This document shows positions 53,659 to 64,000 of a stretch of DNA of 64,000 nucleotides, in pieces. The notes under the pieces are model-generated. The model was not told the DNA's origin and ran no database searches. It worked only from the letters and a program-made list of their open reading frames with translations. Both the position numbers and the translations under genes were made by a program. Every line of letters starts with the position of its first letter. The stretch's first letter is position 1. Origin of the DNA: Octopus vulgaris (taxonomy: Eukaryota); assembly GCA_951406725.2 (NCBI GenBank), contig OX597818.1, positions 16,244,001 through 16,308,000 on the forward strand, in the 5' to 3' direction.

Positions 53659-55340
53659 CTGGCAGTAGAGCCTGGCGTTGCCCGAGATTAAGTTAGGATT
53701 ATCAAGCTAATAAAGTATTTATTTCAAACCAAACTAAGTTACACCGACGTTAAATTTGAGCGAGATCCATTGATATTGGTAAACGTTTGGCCGAAAATGG
53801 GTTGCAGACAACTTGATTGGGAAATCCCATAAGGAATCGGCTTATCGATTTTTCCACTCATCGATTGTTTTTTTTTTTGTTTTTTTTTTGAGAACTTAAA
53901 GCATTCAAAAATCCCATGAGTCCTAAGTAACGCCGGCATTAGGTTTGAACAAAATACGTCAAAATTGGGAAAAGTTATAGTTGAAAATGGGGAGTAGCCA
54001 ATTTTAGTGGGAAATCCTATAAGGAATTGGTTTATCGCTTTTACATCCTGATTGAATGGAAAACCCTATAAGGAATCAGTTTATTGATTTTTCACCCCAA
54101 ATAGGACTTAACCGAACACAACATTGCTGATTCAAAAAGAATCTCTATATTTATACTTTAAAGTTGGTTTACACACTCAACCCAGTTCTGCAGAATCAGT
54201 GTCATGACGGGTACGCTTGGGTTGGGAGTGTGACCGGCAGAGGTGATCAGGTTTCACATGCCAGCCGTTTCGAAACTCCTCCCCCATCATCTAACCCTGG
54301 CCCATGGGTTGGGAACCTTCCGGCAAGGAAAATAGAACGCCCAAAAGGGCTCTCGATCCTCTGTGTCAGAAGAGGTTATGTTCAGATCACAACTAAGCCT
54401 TAACCGAAGCCTAAATTAAACTAACTAAAGGGGGCTCGGGAACCTCTAAAAGCCAGCGACTAATCCTAACCCCTCCTAGGGGTACTATCGTTCAAGGCTG
54501 TATCGAAGCTAAAGGTTGCCTCGTAGATCTGCATCGAAGATCTGCATTGAAGATGGTTGCATCGAAGGTTTGTACTGAATAAGGATGGATCAAAGGTTTG
54601 CATTAGAGATCTGCAGTTAAGAAGGTTGACTCAAAGATTTGGATTGGATAAGGTAGCATTAGAGATCTGAATTGGAGAAGGTTGATTCGAAGGCTTGCAT
54701 TGGGGATCCGGATTGGAGTAGCTTAGGAAAACTTACCAACAGACTTAACAAAAAAATAAGGGGCCTGGCACTTCTAGCCTAACTCTATGAGCAACTTGGC
54801 CGGGCGCTGATATCAGCCAAGTGAGCATTGTTGTTGGAGAAGTCAGCATTGTACAGTAAAGAAGAGGAAGTGTCCATGAGTCATGTTTGCCGTCGTTTGA
54901 GAATATGTCCGATCAATGCTTCCGGTTTATAACCACATAGGCTACAATGATGACTTGTTCTTTCTACGTCTATAAAACTTCACTATAGACAACATTGCGT
55001 GTTCTGCCCTGAGGATCATACACAAAAAGAGCGTTTCTACTCCCCACACGGGAGCAGGCCACATGAAGTGGCCCATGTGAAAAGCACGGCTCTCCCAAAT
55101 GGATGCCCGCTACCGATAGTGTTTGGCCTTGGGATTTGTTGATGGACATGGCAAAGCATGGCCTCACTTGGAACTGCGATCTGCGGAAGTTAAACGGCAA
55201 CCCGAGTGATAAAGGTGCATCCTTGGAATGAAAACATTTTCCCCGCTCCTGTACCCCGTAACAATGTTGGCTTCAATAAAGTGGGGCGTCAGGGACTTGA
55301 CTACGAAGCGGGTCCCGCTGCACTGTTTAGGCGGATAAAG
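53659..55340 (-). mobile_element. Helitron remnant (PIF1-like helicase C-terminus and 3' terminus)
   Basis: FRRSQFQVRPCFAMSINKSQGQTL...CFSHGPLHVACSRVG (54970-55200); 3' end cgggcaacgccaggctctactgCCAG, a hairpin plus degenerate CTAG; internal subrepeats ggaaatcc(c/t)ataaggaat. Confidence 0.8.
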
Positions 55341-55415
55341 CGTGTACTCCTTATCCCATTTGAGTTTTATTGAATGGTTCTATAAAATTTTCTTAACAAT
55401 AGGATATATTGTAAG

Positions 55416-55468
<53 letters not shown>

Positions 55469-56141
55469 TCACACACAAACACACACACACACACACACAA
55501 ACACAAACACACACTTGGTGTTATTGTTGTTGTGATGCATGTAGTCTTTATTCCATTTGAGTAGTTGTTTTGAGTGAAAACGTGCCGTTTGAAGTGTTCA
55601 ATTCGTTGGATGGTAGGTTTTCCCAAGTGGGGGATTAAAGCAGTGACTTATTTCTGGTATCATTATATCATTGAAGATTTTATGGCAGGAGATAAGTTTC
55701 AGTGAAGGCTAACCTTTGTTTTGAGTCACAGAGTTGTTAATGATCTATCAGCTGTTAAGGTACAGCGTTCGGTAAATTCCGTAAAAAAATTTTATTTGTT
55801 TTTTTGAACTGGAAATGTACATTTAATTTGACGTTAGCATAAAGTGAAAAAGAGAGAAAATGACAGGGACATGTGTATATGTTGATGATGGGGTGCAAGA
55901 TAGAAAGTGTGTGTGTATGAGAGAGAGAGAGAAAGAGAGAGAGAGAAGGCGTGTGCTGATATGTGTGTGTGTGTGTATGATAGCGTAACGCCCCTCTCTC
56001 TCACACACCAAAAAAAGATGCGAGAAAAATAAATAAAATTGATGGTATCTCTCTCTGTCTGTTTGTCTCTCTCTCTATCTCATACACACAGTAACATACA
56101 CTTTCTCTCTCTCTCATTCCGACAACACATCTCTCTCTCAC

Positions 56142-56175
<34 letters not shown>

Positions 56176-56301
56176 AGTCAATCACGCACACACTCAAGAA
56201 AGATGCGAGGAAGACAATTTTTTTTTGCTTATAATGGGAGAAAACAAAAAATAGACAGAAGTATGGTTAGGGGATGAATAATTAGTATAGAGATCGTGAG
56301 G

Positions 56302-56452
56302 GAAGAAGAAGAAGAAGAAGAAGAAGAAGAAGAAGAAGAAGAAGAAGAAGAAGAAGAAGAAGAAGAAGAAGAAGAAGAAGAAGAAGAAGAAGAAGAAGAA
56401 GAAGAAGAAGAAGAAGAAGAAGAAGAAGAAGAAGAAGAAGAAGAAGAAGAAG

Positions 56453-56481
<29 letters not shown>
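56302..56481. repeat. Perfect (GAA)60
   Basis: Directly visible. Confidence 0.95.
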
Positions 56482-56486
<5 letters not shown>

Positions 56487-57059
56487 GAAAAAGCAATATA
56501 TAACAAGTCGGTGTATCTGGACTAAAGATTTTCAAAATGGTCTACGATTCCCAGAATACTTATAGGTAAAAGCAGAGAACTGGAGTTCAGAAAATATAGA
56601 AAATTTAGAAAAATAAATTTGAAATTTAAAATTTCGGTATGTACAAGAGCACTAGTATAATTACAATAGCGTGTCATATAATAAGTAGGTAAGATGTATA
56701 GATTGAAAATTAATAATTAGTAACGTAGATATAACAGCCTTATAAAGGAGACTGCAGTAAAATGGGTTTATAAAGTTTGAAGATTAAGAAAGATAAAGAT
56801 TAAGATTTAGAAGGAGCAGAAGCAAAACATTATATTAAGTTTTGCAGTAAGTTGCTAATTTTAAATGATAAATTGAATGTGAGAAACTTTTCGGAACAAA
56901 TGCCCGATATACAATCACCTAAGAAGGCCTTCATGTATGCCCTGCCACTTCTGTCGATAGACAAGCAAATCATGCAGAGTCCCTCTTGGAGCTACGAGCT
57001 GATAGTGATAAAGAATGTGATTCAGAGTAAAAGAGTCGCGTAGTCTGACACTTATTAGA

Positions 57060-57530
57060 ATAGTGCAAGATAAAAGTAAAATTTAGAATAGCTGGAGAAA
57101 GCATTCCAAGAGATTAAGAAGAACCATTTAAGAGCTTGGGGCATATATACGCTGGGACATTGTCAGATAGGAGTCGTGGGATGCAGATCATGAAACAAGC
57201 CAGGAGTGGACTAACAGTTGGTTCGAAGCTACCAGGGAAGCAAGCTAAGGGGCTTACATTTCGGCTTATATCCGCAACTTTCGTGGCCACTTTTAATATA
57301 CGAGGTGGCACTATCACGAGTCCAAATCATTGAGAAAAAGTGCAATGCATTCATTAGAAAGTGGTTCGGCGTACGTCGGTTATTGAACAGCTCAGCTTTT
57401 TATCGAAAAGAGGCTCAATGCAATTACCACTGGAGTCAGTAGTCGAAATTAATGTAGTAAGGAAGGTGTGAACGGTGATGATGCTAAGAGAATCGAAGGA
57501 TGTAGAAATCAGGTGAAATCCACCAGATTA
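57060..57530 (+). mobile_element. Hero/NeSL-like LINE fragment
   Basis: SKLPGK...FGLYPQLSWPLLIYEVALSRVQIIEKKCNAFIRKWFG resembles the post-RT region of Hero-type elements. Confidence 0.6.
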
Positions 57531-57617
57531 CTATACAAAGTAGTTAAAAGCGATAGAATAATTTCTGGAATATTGGAATAATTATATTTTTGGAAAAATG
57601 TTAATAGTTTCGTAAAT

Positions 57618-60139
57618 TCAATTGGATTCATTTCCTTTTGGAAGTTCATAAATTGTGTGAATAACTTTGTGTGACAGAGACGTATCACAATGAAATTTAG
57701 CATTCATTTTCGACAATACATTAGGCATCCATGAAATCATCAATATCAAAGCAATCCGTGCGAATGCTGATAGATGCAAATCCTTTCGATTTATTATGTT
57801 ATTGCAAGCAAAGAAAAAAGATACGATTAGAATTAATTTTATAATGGCTTTACCAATCTCGTAACTTAAAGGAAAATACTTGTTAACGATTGCTTCAAAC
57901 AATTTGGCATCAATGTATTCCTCTTCATATTTTAACTGAACTAAATTTGGTTTTATAATTTTGGTAAACTTTATTGATTGAACTAGTATCCCTTTATAAT
58001 ATTCCTGAATAGCGTTCATAACTGTAAAAGCGTGAACGAAAAACATGGCAACAAACCATATATCACCGACAATATCAGGGTTAGCAAGCATTGCAATAGC
58101 TATTGAAAATACATAAGTGCAAATGATTTGAAAACTCATAAGAAATACATAGCTTGAAGCAAATGCCCATAATATAAAAAACGGCAATGACGGCAATGAT
58201 AAAATTTTATCAGGACACTTGGAAGGATATATATTTTTCTTCATTAGAGGTAAAATATATTTTTTGAAATAACTTAATGGTAAAGTTAGAATCAAATATA
58301 TGAATGGGATTCCGTAATAAACGAGGCGGAGAAGTAATTCACAGATAAAAAATACAACAAATAAAATTGTAGCCAAAATAGGAAGCAAACATAATATAAT
58401 TTTTATAAAAATATTGCTCTTGCAGAAAATAGTCCACATTTTACGTATACGCGTAATCCACATATCAAATATAGATTTCCAGAAATATGGGGTCGTAGCA
58501 GTAAAAACTTTAACTTTAATTATTGCAAGGAGTCGATCATAACCCTGAAGTGTAGAAAAAGAATCTTCTTTGAGTTTTGTATCTATCATACTTTCAGCGA
58601 TAATCTCACTTACATGACTGGGAAGAACAAACAGGATAAAGTTAACAATTATGTAGCTGATTATCCCCAAAAAGTGACCCCAAACAGAACAATCTGAAAG
58701 TTCATAGCTTTTCTGGATTCCTAGAATGAACGAGCGATAACCCAATGGAATGCGATCATGTAAAAATATTGTCACCGTTTCATATAAATATAAGTAATAC
58801 ATTAAAAGATCTAGAAGAATTACTGAGAGAGAAAGCAAAATAAGAATACCTCTTCTTAGTCTCGAAACACACAAAGTCGAATAATGAAAACAAAACAACC
58901 AATATAAAAAATGAGAGAAACTGTAAATATTATGTTGTATACTAATCCATTCTGATTTGTCTGGCAATGCGTATTTACATAGATATTCATTGTTAGGTAA
59001 TTGTTGCTGGTTAGGTTCTAGGGAGTTTGGCGATGTGTCTTCATTTTGAGAATTTAATCTCTCGTTAGTTGACTGTTGCTGGTTAGGTTCTAGGGAATTC
59101 GGCGATGTGTCTTCATTTCGAGAATTCAGTTCCTCGTTAGTTGATGGTTGCTGGTTAGGTTCATTTGAATTTGGTGATGAGAGTAGAGTTTCCAAATGCA
59201 CTTCCTCGTTACCTGATTGTTGCTGGTTAGGTTCATTTGAATTTGGTGATGAGGATAGAGTTTCCAAATGCACTTCCTCGTTAGTTGATTGTTGCTGGTT
59301 AGGTTCATTTGAATTTGGTGATGAGGGTAGAATATCCAAATGCACCTCCGCGTTACCTGATTGTGGCTGGTTGCAGGAATACGGAGGTAATTTAGCTTTT
59401 GATATAAACCTGATATACAATGGAAATATGGCCAACAGAACTGCTCCAACAACATTTGCACAATTGACAAACATACTGTTTTCAATGGTATTTCCAGAAC
59501 AAATGGATTTTGGTTCATAAGTAGTATTATCATTTTTATGTAGTTCACAACAATAATTCTTCAGTATCTCACGATAAATACCCAATATTCTGTACGCTAA
59601 TAACGTATAAGGACTGTTCTTCTGCATGTCGTGCGACAAATTTATAAAGAAACACATATATCCAGATTCTCCCATCTGCGTTTCATTGATAAATACGATT
59701 CTATTTAATTCCTCGAGAAAATCGAATATATTACATCGTATCGCTGAACATTTTGTTTTCCACAATTCATATCGATATCAATACTTGGAGTAGCAATGTA
59801 AGCGTCTAATATATTAAATGAGCGAATTGAAAAGTCAAAGAGGACATTTTTATACATTACTAAACCATCTGGTTTATCTGGAATCCATGTGAAACGTCTC
59901 GCATTTGCAAAATAATCTAGTGGCACAGGATTGAGAAGGCCATCAATTTTTTTATCAATTATATGGACTTCAAAATTGAAAACTTGTTTGCCTGATTTTA
60001 CTAAACGAGTTAAATTTTTAATGACAGTGGGAGAAATTTCAGTTGTACAATTATTTCTGTGTTCTTTTGCATATGTGTTTAGTGATGTGAGAGAAATAAT
60101 AAGGATGACTGATAAAAGAGGTGCTGTTACCATCTGCAT
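57618..60139 (-). pseudogene. Paralogue 3 of the membrane-protein family; one +2 frameshift at 59715-59716 (recent pseudogene, null allele or assembly error); ~839 aa if corrected
   Basis: ORFs 60148-59705 and 59765-57618 join into a protein colinear with paralogues 1 and 2; minus strand reads ATT TTC TC GAG GAA versus ATT TTC GAG GGA in paralogue 2; no other stop. Confidence 0.85.
59000..59375 (-). repeat. In-frame 72-bp (24-aa) coding minisatellite, ~5 units
   Basis: ggttaggttc recurs at 59009, 59081, 59153, 59225 and 59297; PNSNEPNQQQSTNEEVHLETLSSS-type units. Confidence 0.92.
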
Positions 60140-60158
60140 GACAGCCATGTTTCGTTTT

Positions 60159-60180
60159 CTGTAATAAAGAAAAATTGAAC
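60159..60180 (-). promoter_or_regulatory. Splice acceptor of a 5'-UTR intron of paralogue 3
   Basis: gttcaatttttctttattacAG, 19 nt upstream of the homologous ATG at 60139; an extra in-frame ATG sits at 60148. Confidence 0.75.
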
Positions 60181-61447
60181 ATATAAATTAATGGAGGTTT
60201 AATTTCATTTTCCTTATTTCGTAACTATTTAGAATGGAAAATATTTATTCAAAACTAAAGGTAACTGTCTTGTAGCTTGTTTAGTTTTGTTTATTCTTTA
60301 ATCATGCTTTCGTTCATAGTCATGCTGTGTATATTTTCATATCAATCTCTTGACACTTCCTCTTGAAATTTTTATTTTGATTTCTCTGAGTGCAAAGAAA
60401 GAAAGTAAGAAAGAACGAAAGAAAGAAAAAACGAACAGAAAAAAGATACATTTTACACGGTATTGGATGGTTCCTAATTAAAGATTAGTCCAGTTTTATC
60501 AAAAGAGTAAAATATTATATCAGTTGAATCAAGTGATATTTGAACTAAAATTATGGATGTATTTTTATCATAATGAAGAAAGTTATTCATTAATTATATG
60601 TGTAACAGTTACTAAAAGAAAGCAATTATTAAAGGCTTGACCATCTGGAATTTTTTATAAATTCATGTTCCAAGAAATTTCCTGTAATTTTGATTTCTGA
60701 AGATTATGTAATATTTGAACTTCAAGTGTTTTTACAGATTTGAATATTCAGAGTAGACTTTAATGTTTAATAAACAATATTCGTTGCAGGTGAAATTTTC
60801 CATTTTCATTTGCAACAGTCTCTCACTCTCGCCTCTATTTTCATTGATGATAATTTAATATATATTCATTTCAATATTTTCATTTCAAGTTTTAGTTCGC
60901 TATTTGCAAATCCTACAGTTTATTCTATATACGTAATTTTTAAAAAATTATTTATTGAATGAATGAATGCTATTAGACAAAATAGCTGTATAACTTTAAA
61001 GCTTATGTTAATATCAGTTTCCGGAATTTGTTAAATGAATAATTTTGATAAAATGAAAATTTCTTAATATATCGGCATAATTTTTTTAATAAATTAAGAA
61101 GAGATGTTGTTGGTGGCTGTTTGGAACGCTATAAGCCTTCCAATAATAAGCATGTGATCGCTGCTACTTCCAGCACGCTAAACGTAGTTGGGTTACTTTG
61201 AAGTTTCTTTAAATGAGAGATATATTACAACAACGATAAATTACTGGAAGAAATATTTACTAAGCAACACTCCTAGTTTGGTTTCATTATTATACAAATA
61301 TCACATTGGAATTTTGCGTCCAAAAAAATTTGCGACTGAAAATATCAATGTGAAAATATTGTCAAGTGGCTAGCAGAAAACCACCCGGAGGGCAGTCTTT
61401 CTGCTATTTGGGATTAATATTGGAAATAATTTCATTATTTTAATAGG

Positions 61448-61749
61448 CTGGCGGCAGAAAGTTGGCAGAATTGTTTGCATGCCGGGTAAAATGCTTTGTA
61501 GTGTTTTTGTCTGTCTTTATATACAATGTTCAAATTCCACCGAGATCGGCTTATTTTTTCGGGGTCAACAAAAACTTCTATCTCTTAGTCGTTTCAGTCG
61601 TTATACTGCGGCTCTGCTGGGACCCCACCTTTAGCTTTTAGTCGAATGAATCAACCCTTATACTTATTTTTAAGCCCAGTACTCATTCTGTCGATCACTT
61701 TGCCCAACCGTTAATTTATAGTAATGCAGTCACACAAACACCAGTTGTC

Positions 61750-61750
<1 letters not shown>
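61448..61750. mobile_element. Degenerate SINE A (+) and SINE B (-) fragments
   Basis: Diverged matches to the family A head and family B tail. Confidence 0.55.
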
Positions 61751-61815
<65 letters not shown>

Positions 61816-63209
61816 TGTTTCCTTGTCCTGTCTTTTACTGTTTTTATCATTATTTATACTGTTTTTTTCTTCATTTGTATTGCTTTTACGTCCTGTTCTC
61901 GTCACTTTTTTCTATTTTACCCCTCCGCAAAAGAATCTTATTTAATTCATTTTGCGGGAAGGACTGCTTCGGCGTGGTAGTGTTCTGCCCTTACCTTTGC
62001 AACACGCATTGAGTCGAAACAGGGGCAGCTGAAGAAGGGGGATGTTCCTTGTGTTGTTTGTCTTGTACTCTGTTTCTTCGTTGTTAAAAAAAGTCCGTTT
62101 CCTTGTTTGGTTTTATGTTTTCGTTTCTCGTTCTACGTTTATTTGTGGTGTCCTGTACTCATATATGCATGTATATATACATATAGATGTAGGTATGTAC
62201 ATATATGTATGTATGTATGCATATGTTTTATTTATTAAATTGTTATTATATATATGCACACACATATATATCAGTAAACAAACAGGGAGTGCGTTGCTCT
62301 ACATAGCTATATCAAGAGTTGAATAGAAAGAACACAACAAAAATTTAACGAAAACACAGCAAACAGAAAACTAAGGAAACCGTGACAAGAGGAAAACCAG
62401 ACGAAAACATAACCAACGGAAAATTTGACAAAAACACGAAGCATCGAAAATTCGTAACCGATTTCCTCATCAGTGAATGTCCAAATTATCCTGGTGGTTT
62501 CTCTCTTTGTGTCAAAAAATGACTACTAAATATTACTTATATCAGCGCTTAAATTTATTTTAAAAAGGATACATTGGCTATAATAATTTCGAGTAGACAT
62601 TACGCCTTTGTAGACAGGATAGTGGTCGGAGATGGAACATTTTGTACAATAGAACTACTTGTTCAAAGTTACTTTTCAGCTAAACAATAGCAACAATACC
62701 AACGACGGTGACCACAACAACAGCAATAACAATAGTAAGAATTGTTTTCTTACCTTTTCTGAGCGAGTCACTTTCGTTTTCCTGATTTCGTTTGTTCGTT
62801 TTCCTGATTAAACTAAATGTGCGATAAGATAGTTGGTCTGCACTATAACAACTAGATAACGACAATGCTCTCTGAGTATATTAGTCGCAAACAACTTGCA
62901 GAAAGGAGTACTAACAGTTAGATGTCACAGACGCCAGTTAATAGCTGGTGTATGAGGTCATCAAGAGAGAAGGCACATCGCTCTGAGAACTTTCTTTCGC
63001 TGGTGTTATTTCACATTGACCCCACTTACAGAGATAAGGCCCCGCTTACTAGAGCAACTGTTTCATGTGGTATTCTTCTAGCCACTTAGTATAAAGGGAG
63101 GGAGATATGTGTAAGAATGTATTTACATAGGTAGGCGTGTATATGTCTGCATGTCGTGAGTGTATGTATGCATATATGGGCACACACACACACTCATATA
63201 TATGTGTGT

Positions 63210-63519
63210 GTAAACGCTCTAAATTAGGTCATATTTAGGCGATGTATATAATTAAGGCTAAAGTATCTTCCTGGTTGCTAACAAAAATTTAATTAGCCTT
63301 TGCTATTTAATTGAAATAATACTGTTTTTTAAACAATGGCGGTGAAACTTAATAGACATTTTCAATGTTTCAGAATATTAGGCACCTGAAACATTGAAAA
63401 TGTCTATTAAGTTTCACCGTATTATTTCTATTAAATAGCAAAGGCTAATTAAATTTTTGTTAGCAGCCAGGAAGATACTTCAGCCTTAGTTATATGCAAT
63501 GCCTAAATAGAGCGTTTAC
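63210..63519. repeat. ~310-bp palindrome (hairpin/MITE-like)
   Basis: Perfect 34-bp inner stem 63340-63373 / 63386-63419 with a 12-nt loop; arms extend with few mismatches and two indels to gtaaacgctct / agagcgtttac. Confidence 0.9.
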
Positions 63520-64000
63520 TCACAGTTATAGAACGATAATACACACATAATAACGTTTTAGAATGCATTCTAAATATACGAGGTGGTATCAAAATATTCC
63601 CGGACTAGTTATCTTCTTATATAATAACACGTTTAGTGTGACCCTGTCTTTCACGCTGTACGCTGTAGGTAAAAAAATAGTAAAACAACACACGAAGTGG
63701 CAGTGAGTGGTAGTCAGAGATGCTAAAGCAGAAAGACAATATTTAAAGGCTCTACTCGGAAGACGCTAGGGAAAGACGAGTGACAGTCTGAGGCGACGAC
63801 AGTCAGAGGTGAGCTCTGAATTCCCCACAATGAAAATGAAATCAAATTTACATCGTAAATTATATCTCTCGATTTCACAAGCACACACACACACACACGC
63901 ACACATTTACACATACACACACGCATTTGTATGCACACGCATAGATTTACATACATAGGTATGTGCATGTATGAGTATATATATATATATATATATATAT

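Noticed and set aside
56194-56565. Poly-E/F/L ORFs, and the poly-I/Y/N, YLSI, THTH and CVCV ORFs elsewhere
   Set aside because: Translations of microsatellites
59107-59548. Overlapping antisense and alternate-frame ORFs across the 72-bp repeat
   Set aside because: By-products of a stop-poor tandem repeat; no independent support
57618-59765. 715-aa ORF as an independent gene
   Set aside because: Its first residues are out-of-frame sequence; it is the downstream part of frameshifted paralogue 3
60480-60740. Weak similarity to 2800-2945 upstream of paralogue 1
   Set aside because: Short AT-rich matches in the opposite orientation relative to the genes; cannot be distinguished from chance or an old repeat without alignment statistics
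62435-62480. CTGATGA plus hairpin on the minus strand
   Set aside because: Followed by GATG rather than GAAA and no GUH or stem I; at most a dead relic

Overview
AT-rich, microsatellite- and transposon-dense animal genomic DNA. The SINE families and repeat landscape look like an octopus/cephalopod genome (inference, not verified). The only host genes are three paralogues of an uncharacterised ~740-840 aa protein with a signal peptide, a Cys-containing ~200 aa ectodomain and about 9-11 hydrophobic helices. Each coding sequence is intronless, with a splice acceptor 19 nt before the homologous ATG. Copy 1 (3167-5410 +) and copy 2 (24318-26528 +) are intact. Copy 3 (60139-57618 -) has a single 2-bp frameshift and an in-frame 72-bp repeat expansion. 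Between the genes lie mariner/Tc1 relics and MITEs, a Penelope-like element, RTE, Tx1/L1, Hero-like and many R4/Dong-like LINE fragments, the last stacked in one orientation in (TAA)n tracts, one insert with a 201-bp duplication. There are also a Helitron remnant, tRNA-derived SINEs, several long inverted repeats and an intact-looking type I hammerhead ribozyme (13617-13718 -). TE boundaries are by eye and approximate.
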